The notes below the pieces were generated by a model, which was not told the origin of the DNA, ran no database searches, and saw nothing but the letters and a program-made list of their open reading frames with translations. A stretch of 64,000 nt of DNA from Octopus vulgaris. Taxonomy: Eukaryota. Both the position numbers and the translations under genes were made by a program. The stretch lies in assembly GCA_951406725.2 (NCBI GenBank), contig OX597814.1:191208001-191272000 (forward strand). The letters are read 5' to 3'. Of the stretch, positions 38,796 to 53,192 are shown piece by piece; within the stretch, counting starts at the first letter, position 1; each line of letters opens with the position of its first letter.

Positions 38796-39049
38796 CAGGG
38801 CTGTGGAGCCACAATAAAAGACTTTGACTCCAACTCCCGTACTATTGGCACCTCCAACTCTGACTCCTCTTTATGTAATAAAGTGATTGTGGTCTACATA
38901 TTTCATACGCTTGTACTTTGTGTAGGCCTATATGATATAACCTTTTTTTTATTAAAGAATAAAGATGCCGGAGTTGGTATAGTTTTACCGACTCTGACTC
39001 CAGCTACCCCTTAATAGTTTCCGATTCTGACTCTGACTCTACAACCCCG
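38796..39049. mobile_element. hAT-type MITE
   Basis: TIR cagggctgtggag / ctctacaaccccg, 8-bp TSD ttaaaggg/ctaaaggg, subterminal GACTCY repeats. Confidence 0.75.
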
Positions 39050-39211
39050 CTAAAGGGATATATTTCTTTCTTTCTATTATAGGCACAAGGTTTGATGTTT
39101 CGTGGGAAGGAGGGAGTCGATTACATCAACCCCAGTGTTCAATAGGTACTTATTTTATCAACCCTGAAATGACGAAAGGTAAAGTCAACCTCAGTGGAAT
39201 TCAAAGACATT

Positions 39212-39626
39212 TACTCTTTTACTCTTTTCAGTCATTTGACTGCAGCCATGCTGGAGCACTGTCTTTAGTCAAACAAATCGACCCCACGACTTATTCTTTG
39301 TAAGCCAAATACTTATTCTATCAGTCTCTTTTGCTGAACTGCTAAGTTATGGGGACATAAACACACCAATGTCGGTTGTCAAGCAATGGTAGGGGGACAA
39401 ACACAGACACACACATATATATGTACACACACATATATATGTACACACACACATATATATACGATGGCTTCTTTCAGTTCCTATCTACCAAATCCACTCA
39501 CAAGGCTTTGGTTGGCCTGAGGCTATAGTAGAAAACCCTTGTCCAAGGTGCCATGCAGTGGGATTGAACCCAGAACCATGTGGTTGGGAAGCAAGCTTCT
39601 TACCACATAGCCATGCCTGTGCCTAT
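39212..39626 (-). mobile_element. tRNA-head SINE, family A
   Basis: Full-length match. A partial copy lies at 37115-37390. Confidence 0.8.
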
Positions 39627-40858
39627 AACATTAAAAAATAATTTCACTAACACACATAAACTCTGTTCTAGTGTATTTGATTGACAGTTGGTTGCATTCA
39701 TATTTCATGGTTGAATCGTTAACAGTACAATTGAGATGGTAACATCTGTTCTAGTAATGTATAGTGAAACTATCTAAACCTATGAAACCTATCTCATTTA
39801 GTGAGATTACTGGATTTATAACAACAACAACAACAACAAAGAGAAAGAAGAGAGCGGAGACAAAGCCGTGCAAAATGTATTTATATCAATAAAAAAAAAA
39901 TCATTGTAGACCTTACTTTGTTTCAAAGATGGTCTCATTATGTATTCTAATTATTGTTACTTTTGTTTATTAGCTTCTAATTCATTATAATTTATTAATA
40001 ATTAATTGCGTCTGAAATTATGAAAATGAGAACTATAAGTGATTTCAGTAGAGATGTTGATAACTAGAGATGGTTGTATGAAACCCTTCAAAGTGGTACC
40101 CTAGCATCACCACTATTTATCTTTATCTCGTTGCAGCTCCTATCGAGCATTCTCACTATCTCTACACTCACCTACATGAACCTGCTTGCCTCCAACCCCT
40201 CCACTACTTCTCTCATAGTTCAACCCCTCTTCCCTCTCATCATCCTTATCCAGTGTTTTAAATCAGAGTTTTGTTCCCATTAATGGAGGTGGCTGGATCT
40301 ATTTCAATGCTATAGCAACAGATGCAGGCAGATGCAACCTTTGGGCTGGCTATTTCAATGCTATAGCAACAGATGCAACAGATGCAACCTTTGGGCTGGC
40401 TGGTGCTCATTCTCCCTTGCTATCATCAGCTTTTTTTTTGAGCTGGATTTTCTATGGGAAGCATGCCCTTGCTTACCCCTAACCTCAGTTTCTAGACATG
40501 AGTGGTCCTAAGACCAAGGCCTTTACTACGATTTTTAAGAAATGTGGTGGAAAACTAGCTCAGGAAGGCAGGGATGCTACTCCCTGAGACCCCTTTCGGA
40601 GTTCCCCTCCTGTCCTGGCATAAAGCTGACTTGCACCATGATTCTCGTTTCGTAGTCTTGTAAGCTGCATAGCAACTTCATTATTGTTGATAGAACAACA
40701 GCAGCAACAAAAAGCACCCTGAACATGCTGTAGAGTTGTTGGTATCAGGAAGGTTTCCAGTCATAAAGGTAGTGCTCCAGCATGGCCATAGTCCAATGAC
40801 TGAAACTAGTAGAAAGGGTAACAGAAACAATTCCAATGCAGACACTGGTGCACTACCC

Positions 40859-41445
40859 CAGCGCTACTCAAAGTGGTGGTCTGCAGACCGGTGCTGGTCC
40901 ACAATGAGTTTTCAGAAAAGAAAGTCAACTTTTATTATATGCATTATATATAGGCGCAGGAGTAGCTGTGTGGTAAGTAGCTTGCTTACCAACCACATGG
41001 TTCAGGGTTCAGTCCCACTGCGTAGCACCTTGGGCAAGTGTCTTCTACTATAGCTTCGGGCCGACCAAAGTCTTGTGAGTGGATCTGGTAGACGGAAACT
41101 GAAAGAAGCCTGTCATATATATGTATATACATATGTATGTCTGTGTTTGTCCCTCCAACATCGCTTGACAACCGATGCTGGTGTGTTTACGTCCCCTGTA
41201 ACTTAGCAGTTCGGCAAAAGCAATCAATAGAATAAGTACTAGGTTTACAAAGAATAAGTCCTGGGGTCGATTTGCTCGACTAAAGGTGGTGCTCCAGCAT
41301 GGCCACAGTCAAATGAATGAAACAAGTAAAAGAGTATATTGTTTCTTGTATAAATTAACATTACTATGAAATATTACCAGCCTTTGGCACATTGGGAAAA
41401 AAAAAAACTGCTAGTGCACCACATCAGATAGTTTGAGAAGGACTG
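40859..41445. mobile_element. hAT (Charlie-like) MITE
   Basis: TIR cagcgctactcaaa / tttgagaaggactg, TSD cactaccc/cactacac. Confidence 0.7.
40950..41334 (+). mobile_element. Family A SINE nested in a hAT MITE
   Basis: Full-length match inside 40859-41445. Confidence 0.8.
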
Positions 41446-41508
41446 CACTACACAATCTTTCATCCATTGGATCCAGTCAGACCATCTAACTTATGCCAGT
41501 ATGGAATA

Positions 41509-41904
41509 TCTTTATATATAAAACTGTAGTTGTGTGAGTGTCTGTCCCCTTCGATTTAGATTCCTAACTACTCCCACAATTTGCGATGCACTTTAACCAA
41601 AACCGGGTATCTTATAGTCGTGATTCATATCAAGCCCTTCTGGGTATTAGCGCGCATCTACGATGAGTCTACGATTTTAAAAATAATTTAACATCATTTT
41701 TTTCCATTTTAACGCATATTTTTTAAATAAAGGGAAGTAACTCTCTAAAAATGTCTACGATGAATCAACGATTTAAAAAAAAATTTACCATAATTTTTTT
41801 TCCATTTTTAATGCATTTTTTGCTATTTTTTGGCTATAACTCTCTAAAAATGCTTTATAGTTATTTCCCTTACAAACCCGAGCAACGCCGGGCGATACTG
41901 CTAG
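41509..41904 (+). mobile_element. Non-autonomous Helitron
   Basis: 5' TC(tttatatataaaa), subterminal hairpin cccg-agcaacgc-cggg, 3' CTAG. Inserted between A41508 and T41905 with no TSD. Confidence 0.8.
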
Positions 41905-42109
41905 TAGATGACAAATGATGACTGTCTCTTCTTTTTGTATATCTTATATACCTTGTATAAAATTTCATATGTGTGTCTCCTTGTTTCACAACCATCAGAA
42001 TGTGAAGTGCTCCTGATAAGTGCATGTTCGTGAGATGTTGTAAACTATAAACAGGTTTGAGTAGGAACCAGAAAGGGAAGTATGATCATGCAATGCGCAT
42101 ATGCACAGT

Positions 42110-42525
42110 CATCATCATCATCATCATCATTTAACGTCCGCTTTCCATGCTAGCATGGGTTGGACGATTTGACTGAGGTCTGGCGAACCAGATGGCTGCA
42201 CCAGGCTCCAATCTTGATCTGGCAGAGTTTCTACAGCTGGATGCCCTTCCTAACGCCAACCACTCTGAGAGTGTAGTGGGTGCTTTTACGTGCCACCGGC
42301 ACGAGGGCCAGTTTGGTGGTACTGGCAATGGCTATGTTCGAATGGTGCTTTTTATGTACCACCTGCACAGGAGCCAGTCCAGCGGCACTGGCGACGACCT
42401 CGCTCGAATGTTTCACGTGCCACCAGCACAAGTGCTTGTAAGGCGACGCGGTAACGATCACGCTCGAATGGTGTGTTTAACGTGCCATCGGCACAAAGGC
42501 CAGCTTGTTGCTCTGGCAACGATCA
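42110..42525 (-). mobile_element. RTE-derived 3' UTR fragment
   Basis: Same consensus. Accounts for the 5' part of the 202-aa ORF at 42192. Confidence 0.75.
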
Positions 42526-43056
42526 GTGAATTTGTAAAATGGAAGAGAATAAAAATGCAATGTGAATGTCAAAGTAAAATGGAAGAAAGGAATAAAACAA
42601 AGTATATGATGGTCTGTGTGTCACTTCTGACACCACTATCACACAGCTTTGCTGCAATTACCTTGTTTTTCAAGATAGTAAAGTGCTATTTGGCAGCTAT
42701 TTGTAGCAGGTCAAGACATTGTATAGAAAATTCTAGAAATGTAATGAGATTGGGTAACACTCATGCCTTTCTCAGAGGTATTAGTGATGAAGTGAAATAA
42801 ATTAGCACCAATAGGAAATGGAAACCTCATCAAGTCATCCATCTTGCCTGGAGCACTCTAAACCTCTTGCTGTGTGACACATGTCCCAATCAGATGTAAC
42901 AAAACGGAAATGTGAACGGTTCAATGATTCCTAAACCCTGGAGATGCTTTGTGTTTGTTTAATGGTGTTATGTGAATGGGATTATAAATCTCCTGCTGAT
43001 CTGTTGTACCAAGTGATCTTGTAACATTTATCAACATCTAGGAGAACTGAAAGACA

Positions 43057-43397
43057 TCATCATCATCATCGTTTAACGTCCGCTTTCCATACTAGCATGG
43101 GTTGGACGATTTGACTGAGGACTGGCGAACCAGATGGCTGCACCAGGCTCCAATCTGATCTGGCAAGCTTCTACAGCTGGATGCCCTTCCTAACGCCAAC
43201 CACTCCGAGAGTGTAGTGGGTGCTTTTACATGCCACCGGCACGGGGCCAGTCAGGCGGTACTGGCAACGACCTCGCTTGAATCTTTTACACATGCCACCG
43301 GCACAGGTGCCAGTAAGACGATGCTGGTAACAATCATGCTCGAATGGTGTCTTTTATGTGCCACCGGCATGGAGGCCAGATAGCCGCTATGGCAACT
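43057..43397 (-). mobile_element. RTE-derived 3' UTR fragment
   Basis: Same consensus with (CAT)n tail. Confidence 0.75.
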
Positions 43398-44474
43398 TGA
43401 AAGTGAAGTAAAAAAGTGTTCTTCCTGGAAATACAACTAAATGCTGAGCCAATGAGAATAGTCTTCATGTAGTCACTTGAACTACTAGAAAAAGCAACCA
43501 AATTCCTTTCAAATTACAATATATTTTAAAAAAAGAGAGGGGTACATTGGATAATATTGCCAAAGATATGCAAAATCTGAGAGATGGGCACAGCTGGAAC
43601 ATCTTTGATCAGGCCTCTGATTTCAAGCATATTTCTGTTGAAATACACCGCCTTTATTTCATTTAATTTTAAACCTAATAATGAATTCAGTAAAATGATT
43701 TTGGCATTATTAAGCTGGTGTTTGAAAGATTAATTAACATGAAATTTTGATTGAAGGTTTTTATTTTAATCACTATAAAAACGGGAAGTTTGTATTATAG
43801 AACTAGAAGCAATCAGCAGGTTCGTTTCAGAAGGGTTAAACAGCAACAAAATACAAATAGCAGGTTTGAACAAATAGCGGATCAGAATTTGTAGTTTGAG
43901 ACTAATATCTTTTCCATGTGGCCGTCTTGCTTTCTACTCCAAAATAGATTAGGCATTAATAAAAAAAATATCAATAAGAAATGAGAAGTAGTTACTTTAA
44001 AAGACAGCTTCAATATCAACATTGCACAATTAAATCTGATTACATCACAATGTTTTTTTTTCCTCTATGTAGCTCCAAGTAGCATTACCTATTTTTCAAG
44101 AAGAATTTAGCTATTCAATGGCCAGGAATTCTGAAGTAAAATTAATTACATGTCACATATTAGTCAACCCCATCATAGCCAATCCAATTTTTTGAAGATT
44201 TGTAATTCATTTTATTTCATTTCTCTATTCGTTTTTAGCTTCTGTGCTTAATTCAAGGAATACATGTCCATACACATTCACATATAGCTTGCAGGCATAT
44301 ATGTTCATTCACAACAACAAATCTCTCCCTCTCTCTCTCACACACACACATGCATGCATACATGCACATACATACACTTTTACACATAAATACATGTAGC
44401 TAATACATGCATATTACAAAAGAGTAGTTACACAAGGCAGGCAGTAGGCAACAATAAAATAAATTAGTCTTGTC

Positions 44475-44843
44475 AAGCCACCATCTGAACGTGGCTGTAG
44501 CTAGTGCCGCATCGACTGCCCTCCGTGCCGGTGGCACGTAACAAGCACCATCCAATCATGGGTGTTGCCAGCCTTGCCTGGCCTTCATACCGGTGGCACG
44601 TAAAAAGCACCATCTGAGCGTGGCCGTTCGCCAGCCTCGTCTGGCACCTGTGTCGGTGGCATGTAAAAAGCACCCACTACACTCAAGGAGTGGTTGGCGT
44701 TAGGAAGGGCATCCAGCTGTAGAAACACTGCCAGATCAGACTGGAGCCTGGTGCAGCCTTCGGGCTTCCCAGACCCCAGTTGAACCATCCAACCCATGCT
44801 AGCATGGAAAGCAGACATTAAACGATGATGATGATGATGATGA
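44475..44843 (+). mobile_element. RTE-derived 3' UTR fragment
   Basis: Same consensus with (GAT)n tail. An older copy follows at ~44960-45208. Confidence 0.75.
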
Positions 44844-45599
44844 TATTTATATACACACTGCAGGACACTTGCCCCTGTCCCTTGATATCTCTAATCTCTC
44901 ATCAGCTGCCACAACGATACCCAACCTCACTACTACTCACCCCTCCCAGATGAGGGAGATTTTGTCTTGCAAGGTACTTGGTGACCCTGTTGGTGCTGGT
45001 GCCATGTTAAAAGCACCCTGTACACTCTATAAAGTGGTTGGAGTTAGGAAGAGTATCCAGGTGTAGAAACCATGCCAAAACAGACAATGGAACCTGGTGC
45101 AGCCCCTGGCTTTACCAGCTTCTGTCAAACCATCCAGCCCAGGCCAGTATGGAAAACGGATGTCAAATAATAACGATGATGATGATGATGATGATGATGA
45201 CGATGATGTACATAATTGACTTCCACATAGTTTCCTATTTCTTTACTGCCCACAAGGGGTTACACACAGAGGGGACAAACAAGGACAGGTCAAACGGATT
45301 AAGTCGATTATATTGACCCCAGTGCGTAACTGGTACTTATTTAATCGACCCTGAAAGGATGAAAGGCAAAGTCGACCTCGGTGGAATTTGAACTCAGAAT
45401 GTACCGGAAGTTGAAATACGGCTACGCATTTCGCCTGGCGTGCTAACGATTCTGCCAGCCAAATACACCTGTAAGGCATTGATCAGCCATAATAGAAGAC
45501 ACAGCCCCAAGATGACACAGAATGGAACCAAACTCTAAATGAAGCAGTTTCAAAGCAAGTTTCTTAACTCCATAGAGATGGATATTGAACTGCTCTGAT

Positions 45600-45991
45600 T
45601 ACTCTTTTACTCTTTTACTTATTTCAGTCATTTGACTGCAGCCATGCTGGAGCACCACCTTTAGTTGAGCAAATCGACCCCAGGACTTATTCTTTGTAAG
45701 CCCAGTACTTTTTCTATCGGTCTCTTTTGCTGAACCGCTAAGTGACGGGGACATAAACACACCAGCATCGGTTGTCAAGCAATGCTAGGGAGACAAACAC
45801 AGACACACAAACACATACATATATATATATATACGACAGGCTTCTTTCAGTTTCCGTCTACCAAATCCACTCACAAGGCATTGGTCGGCCCGGGGCTATA
45901 GCAGAAGACACTTACCCAAGATGCCACGCAGTGGGACTGAACCCGGAACCATGTGGTTGGTTAGCAAGCTACTTACCACACAGTCACTCCT
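45600..45991 (-). mobile_element. tRNA-head SINE, family A
   Basis: Full-length match. Confidence 0.8.
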
Positions 45992-46615
45992 GATTGGTAG
46001 CACATTTTCTGCATTTTGCAACCCTGCATCATTAGAGCAAGGTCCAAAATTTGTAAATCACAACTAATTATTTTACGAATTCACCTCAATATCTTTGTTG
46101 GGTGATGGATGGCAGAGATGGCAATCTAGATATTTTATAGAACAATTTCTGAACAATAATATCATTGTTGGTCATAGATTTCCAATGAGCCAAGCACTGG
46201 TTCACTGCATTTATGGTAGTGAGAGTGTCAATAAGGTGTCTGCATAACTCAGGCAGAACAAACCAAAATGAAATATTTTGCTCTCACAAGACTGATTTAT
46301 TGGTGATTTTTATCACCGATGTGTACATCTTTCATCCCCCCCCTCTCTCTACACACACACACAAATATGTATACATATATAAATATACATATACACACAC
46401 ATATATATATATACAAATATATATAAAATATAAGCACAAATATATACACAAATATATATACATACACAGACACACAGATATGCATAAATATATATATACA
46501 CAGACATATACTTATGCGTGTGTATATATATATATATACATACACACACAAACATATGCATATATATATATATATAGATATACAGAGACACATACATATA
46601 TACACATACACAGGT

Positions 46616-46646
<31 letters not shown>

Positions 46647-47219
46647 CATACATACACAGACACATGCATGTTGGTTTGTTTCTAATCCAACTATTCTCTT
46701 TCACTAATTTTACAACCATATTTTTTGGCATAGAAGTTTAATTTTTCAGACCAAAATTTACAGCCAAAAACACTAGATCGACTTTTCCACCAAGACGACT
46801 TTGGAGGACCAAAAATTCCATGCAAAATGCAACAGGATTTGGAAGGATAGTGACAGTGTTTGAATGTTTACATATTATGTTTACATTATATACAACACCG
46901 GCTTGTATGCCAGAAAATACAGTATGTTATCCCCTTTACAATACACATCTGAGACTTCTAATGATCTACTGTGCTTGAGAGACATGTCAAGCTAAGTAAA
47001 ATCGTGGCCATTCATACATACAGGCATGTCCTTTATGGTCATGCCCCCTATTCCCTCTCTCAGCTGAGAGGTCTGTCTTTCAGGCTTGCAGGCATTGGTG
47101 TCACATAAAAAGCATTCATTTCGGTGCCATCCATGCTTGTTCCATGACAAAAAAAAGCACCTCTGCTGGTGCCACGTTGACAAGTACTTATGTCAGTGCT
47201 ACATAAAAAGCATCTGTAC

Positions 47220-47365
47220 CACTAGTGCAGCTGAGGGATGGGGTGGGGGGCGCCCTGGGCACCATTTTTGGGTCTGCTGTAGGCAATATGTGGTATTTTT
47301 GTGGGGTCCGGGGGTGGCAAATGGAAGGGCTGCCCCAGGAGGCACACACTCTAGCTATGCTAGTG
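47220..47365. mobile_element. hAT-type MITE inserted in an RTE 3' UTR copy
   Basis: TIR cactagtgcagct / agctatgctagtg, TSD atctgtac/acctgtac. Confidence 0.7.
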
Positions 47366-47490
47366 ACCTGTACCAATGCCATGTAAAAAGTATCCAGTAG
47401 TAGAAGCCATGCCAAAACAGACAATTGGAGCCTGAGTAGCTCTCCAGCTGGCCAGCTCCTGTCAAACCGCCCAACCCATGCCGACATGGA

Positions 47491-48075
47491 ATCATCATCA
47501 TCATCGTTTAATGTCCATTTTCCATGCAAGCACAGGTTGGACGGATCGACCGGGGTCTGGGAAGCCAGGAAGCTGCACCAGGATCCAGTCTGATCTGGCA
47601 GCGTTTCTACAGCTGGATGCTTTTCCTATTGCCAACCACTCTGAAAGTGTAGTGGGTGCTTTTTACATGCCACCGGCACAGATGACAGGGGAAACTGGCA
47701 GCAGCCACGATCGGTTGGTGCATTTTACGTGCCACCGGCACAGGTGTCACAACTACAATTTCCATTTGATATTTATTTTGATATTGATATACTTGAGTCG
47801 ATAGGTCTCCTCAACCACAGCAGGTCACCCTACAATCCAAAGAAAGCACAGCAGGTCGTTCTGCAATCCAAGGTACTTTGGATGAGCTGGAGCTGCTATG
47901 CGAAACTGGTGCAGGAAACAGCCATGAACTCACGTTATTTGTCGGGTCTTTGCAGTCACAGCAGATCTCCAGAGATCTCGGTCTTTTGTCATTGCCTCTT
48001 GAGGCCCAATGTTCGAAGGTCATGCCTGACCACCTCATCCTATGCCTTCCTGGGTCTACCTCTCCCCTGGATTCC
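47491..48075 (-). mobile_element. RTE-like LINE 3' end: decayed ORF end plus long 3' UTR with (GAT)n tail
   Basis: RGRPRKA*DEVVRHDLRTLGL.. (RTE C-terminus) is contiguous with the 3' UTR repeat found many times in this window. Confidence 0.7.
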
Positions 48076-49932
48076 GTAGACCCAGGAATACAGATGTTAA
48101 ATGATGATGATCCTCCTCTAGTCATTCATTTGGTTTTGCTCTCTCTGGTTAACAGTATTATTAATACCCAGTAACACTATCAACGAGGTAGTGTACAATA
48201 TAGATTTCATAGTAACAATTATTATGGCTTTCCACATTTTATGTTACGGATTATATAGTTAGAATCAGCAATTAGAATTAAATGTGGCTTCCTAATAACT
48301 CTGTTTCTGAATTGTCGTTCAGATAATTAGAAATCATAACAATGCACACTGATTAGCAAATTTGCATTTCACTTTGCTTCTTCTTCTTCTTTTTTTTTTT
48401 TTTTTTAACTCATTTAATTGTGTGACAAAAATTTAAATGTACATTCTATTTATATTTCACTGATCTGAAAATCTCCCTGGAAAAATGGAATATTAGAGGC
48501 TGTGATTATAATAGTTGAATACAGTGGCTGTGTGGTAAGAAGCTTGCTTCACAACCATATGGTTCCAGGTTCAGTCCCACTGCATGGCAGCTTGGGCAAG
48601 TGTTTCCTAATATAGCCTTAGGCCAACCAAAACCTTGTAAATGAAATTGGTAGATGGAAACTGAAAGAAGACCTTTGCATATATGTTCTGAGTTCCGCCG
48701 AGGTCAACTTTCCCTTTCATCCATTTGGGGTTTGATAAATCAAGTACCAGTTGTGTACTGGAGTCGATCCAATCGACTGGCCCACACTCTCCCAAAATTT
48801 CAGGCCTTGTACCAAGAGTAAAGAACTGTCACTGCCATGGGATAATTTTCTTTAGGTTTTGTTACTCTGGGACATGAGAAAGATTTTGTGAGGTCTACAT
48901 GGTTAATATTCAAGTAAAGTTGTTGTTGGTTACAAGGGACACATAAATGCAGGAAGAACTGAGAGAAACTGAAGAAATACTTCTTTAATGTGTAGTCTGA
49001 AGGGTAAAGAGAGATGAAATGCCATCAAGTAATACAATTATAATTTTCTAGATTGCTAATTTCATCAATAGCAGCTGTATTTTAAATATTTATTCAATAT
49101 TTTCCTTTTCCTTTTTCCCCACCTGGTTTCTTTTTCTGTCTTGCAAGTTATACGGTAACCTTATTAGTGGCAGTGGCATGAAAAAGGCACCCAGAAACAC
49201 AGTGTAAAGTGGTTGACACTAGGAAGGGCACGCAGGTGCAGATACCATGCTGAGGCTGATGCTGGAGCATGGTGCATCCCTTGTGGCTCGCTGGATCCTG
49301 TTAAAGCATCCAAACTTATCCAGGCAGAAAACAGAAGTTAAACGACGACAACAATGATTTATGCTGTTTCCATTGGTTTGATATCTGATTGTTATGAAAT
49401 ATCTTATTACTAGATGAGTATATAATACAGGTGTGGAGTTGCAATGGCCTAGTGGTTAGGGCAGCGGGCTCGCAGTTTCGAATCCCAGACCAGGCATTGT
49501 GTGTGTGTTTATTGAGCAAAAACACCTAAAAGCTCCATGAGGCTCTGGCAGGGGGTGGTGGTGACCCCTGTAGAACTCTTTCACCACAACTTTCTCTCAC
49601 TCTCTCTTCCTGTTTCTTGTGTAACACTGCAATGGACTGGCATCCCGTCCAGCTGGGGGGAAAACATACGCCACAGAAACCGGGCCCATGAGCCTAGCTA
49701 GGCTTGAAAAGGGCAACGTTTATCGTTTTATATAATACAGGTACCCACCCCAAATTACAGAAGCTTCCCTTTCCTAAAAAGTTGCCAACGGTTGGAGTTT
49801 TATAATGTGAAACATATTTTTTGACTGATGTCCATGTTCACAGATTTTCATATAATAAACAAAAAAAGGAAAAAAGGTTTCACATTGTGAATCTCTACAT
49901 TGCTCAATATTAGGTGCAGACATGGCTGTATG

Positions 49933-50061
49933 TTCTGTTGTGTCTGGGGAGAGTCATTTTCTTTTTGTGCCTTATAATCTATACACTCACCAGTAAAATT
50001 TCCACTTCATATTTTTATTTTCCTAAAATTTTTGTTGCGTCTTGCAACCTTTTCAATAGTC
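49933..50061 (-). mobile_element. Single-arm copy of the 6414 family
   Basis: ttctgttgtgtctggggagagtc...ttgcaaccttttcaatagtc matches the 17477 left arm. Confidence 0.6.
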
Positions 50062-51119
50062 TTGATTCTGTCCGTCATTTACTCTGCGTTCCTTTTTGTT
50101 TGTTTGTGTGCATGTGTGCGGATCAGTGTGTGTGTGTGTGTGCCTATGCATGCATGTACGTGTGTGTGTATGTATGTATGCATGTGTGTGTATGAATATA
50201 TGTGTGTGTATGCATATGTATATATGTATGTATGTGTGTGCATCTGTATGTATGTATTCTGCATATTCATGTGCTTGCATGTCTGTGTTTGTGTATTTTC
50301 TATGTATTTGTGTGTGTGAGCATGTGTTTGTATATGTATGCACCTCTATCTCCTTGTGTGTGCATGTCTGTGTGTTTTGCAACTATGTACCATGTTTGTA
50401 TGTATGGATGAACTTTGCTTTGCAACCATGTGGTTTCAGGTTCAGTCCCACTGGGCAGCACCTTGGGCAAATGCTTTCTAATATAGTCCCAAGCTGACCA
50501 ATGCCTTGTGAATGAATTTGGTAAATGGGAACTGCGTGGAAGCCCACCATATATATATATTTCTCCTCCTCAGTGTGTATGTGTGTGTATGTATTTGTCT
50601 TCCCTCCACCACTACTGGACAACCAGTGTTGGTTTGTTTATGTCCCCATAACTTAGTGGCTCGGCAAAATACCAGACTTTAAAAAAAGATAAGTGTTGGG
50701 TCAATTTATTCAATCAGACCCATCATGGTAGTGTCACAGTATGGCCACAGTCCAATGAATAAAACAAGTGAAAAATACAAGATAAAAGTTTATAATGGGA
50801 TTTTTCAAAACTGCGATGCCCCTTTAACACAGGAATGCCTGTATTTGATTGGATACAATCTAGGCAGCTTGATTTCTAAACTAAGGCCAATAACCTGTTT
50901 GATATACATATCTAAACATCTGAGCTGTTATTCTGAATATATTTTTACAGACTAATTGCTCTCATCTTCTGAGTCTATATTTAGATAGATCTATACCAGA
51001 TTTCCATTGATTTCATCTCCAGTTGACTTATTCTAAGATCTGTACATGATCTCATAGAACAGCCGAGTTCAGTGTTTTGAAATTTATTTTGGTGCAGAAA
51101 CGAAATTGAAATAAAATTC

Positions 51120-51746
51120 GGTGACTGGCATCAATGCTAGTGGAGCGCTAAAGAGCACCATTCGAGTGTAATCGTTGCCAGAGCAGCTAATTGGCTTCTG
51201 TTTCGGTGGCATGTAAAAAGTACCATTTGAGCGTGATTGTTACCAGTGTCGCCTTACTGACACCTGTGCTGGTGGCACGTGAAAAAACCCACTACACTCT
51301 CGGAGTGGTTGGCGTTAGGATGGGCATCCAGCTGTAGAAACTCTGCCAGATCAAGATTGAAGCCTGATGCAGCCATCTGGTTCGCCAGTCTTCAGTCAAA
51401 TCATCCAACCCATGCTATCATGGAAAGTGGACATTAAACGATGATGATGATGATGATAATGATGATGATGATGATGATGAAAACGGCCATGTTCAACATG
51501 TAAAAAGCACCATCTGAACATGGCCAATGCCAGTGACCCCTGACTGGCTCCTGTGCTGGTGACACGAAAAAAGCACCCACCACACTCTTGGTGTTATTGG
51601 CATTAGGAAGGGCATGCAGCTGTAGAAACATTGTCAGATCAGATTGGAGCCTGGTGCAGATGCTGGCTCTCCAGACCTCAGTCAAACCGTCCAACCCATG
51701 CCAGCATGGAAAATGGATGTTAAGTATGATGATGATCATGATGATG
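51120..51746 (+). mobile_element. Two tandem RTE-derived 3' UTR fragments
   Basis: Two (GAT)n-tailed copies ending at ~51480 and ~51746. Further copies lie at ~27035-27172, 52197-52400, 58600-58783 and 61930-62260. Confidence 0.7.
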
Positions 51747-52804
51747 AAAACCTTATATAACTTGACAAAAACCATGGAACCTATCTTTTACCTTTTACTT
51801 GTTTTGATAATTGGACTCTGGCCATGCTGGGGCACCATCTTGAAGGGTGTTTAGTCAGACAAATCAACCCCAGTACTTATTTTTTAAGTTTGGTAATTTT
51901 TCTGTCAATCCATTTTGTTGAACTGCTAAGTTATGGTAACCCTAAATCAACAACAGCTGCCAAAATTGTGATGGGGGTGTGTAACAAACACAGACACAAA
52001 GAAATACACACACACACACACACACACCTATATGGCAGGTTTCCATACAGTTTCTGTCTAATAAATTCACTATCAATGCATTGGTCAATCCAGGGCTGTA
52101 GGAGAAGATTTGGTCAAGGCGCTGCACAGTGAAACTGAACCTGAAACCAATATGGTTGCAAAGTGAGCATCTTAACCACACAACCATACTTGTGCCTGAC
52201 TGGCACTCATGCCGGTGGCACATAAAAGCACTCACTACATTCTCAGAGTAGTTGGCGTTAGGAAGGGCATCCAGCTGTAGAAACTCTGCCAGATGAGATT
52301 AGAGTCTGGTGCAGCCATCTGGTTTGCCAGTCCTCAGTCAAATCGTCCAACCCATGCTAGCATAGAAAGCGGACGTTAAATGATGATGATGATGATGATG
52401 AACACCTACAAATCCCACTTTGATAAAACATTACAGAAAGAAAAAATGATTTCAGGCAGAGAATTTATTAATACACACACACGCACACACACAAAAACAC
52501 ATCTCAAATGTAGATATCACGATTTTTTTAATGATTTATTTCCAGAAGCAAAATGTCATTTGATGCATTTAAATACTTAAACTGGTATTTAGGAGACAAG
52601 CCTTGTGCACAAAATGCATTAACAAGTTTGAAGCATCAGGTAGTGTTCACACAGATAAAACTGTATGAGAGGTGTCTATTTACTTTAGAGGCATGTGTGT
52701 ATGTGTGAGTGCGCGTCAAAAAATGTAATTCATTATTTAGCAAATGGTTAATAAAATTTATTTTCTAAAATATGTTTTTATTAAATTTTATTAAAAGACA
52801 CCTT

Positions 52805-53192
52805 ACTCTCTTTTACTCTTTTACTTGTTTCAGTCGTTTGACTGTGGCCATGCTGGAGCACTGCTTTTAGTCGAGCAAATTGATGCCAGGACTTATTCTA
52901 TCGGTCTCTTTTGCCAAACCGCTAAGTTACGGGGACATAAACACACCAGCATAGGTTTTCAAGCGATGTTGGGGGGACAAACAGACATACAAACATATAC
53001 ACACACATATATATATATACATATATATGATGGGCTTCTTTCAGTTTCCGTCTACCAAATCCACTCACAAGGCTTTGGTCGGCGCGAGGCTATAGTAGAA
53101 GACACTTTCCCAAGATGTCACACATTGGGACTGAATCCGGAACCATGTGGTTCGTAAGCAAGCTACTTACCACACAGCTATTCCTACACCTA
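52805..53192 (-). mobile_element. tRNA-head SINE, family A
   Basis: Full-length match. Older copies lie at ~50420-50780 (+) and ~51790-52190 (-). Confidence 0.8.

Noticed and set aside
39905-40055. Minus-strand ...atctttGAAACaaaGTA resembling the 38645 HHR 3' half
   Set aside because: No intact CUGANGA or matching stem I.
40300-40400. ~51-bp tandem duplication
   Set aside because: A simple local duplication with no further structure.
42010-42062. ctc-CTGATAAG...TAAAC-ag-GTT-tgag, HHR-like spacing
   Set aside because: G8 and G12 are both absent and there is no convincing stem II. Too degenerate to support.
42192-42800. Longest ORF in the track (202 aa)
   Set aside because: The first half is the antisense of the multi-copy RTE 3' UTR. 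There is no domain signature or splice support.
44087-44130. Minus-strand AG...GTAAT exon-like segment
   Set aside because: Stops in all three frames and no SLC46 similarity.
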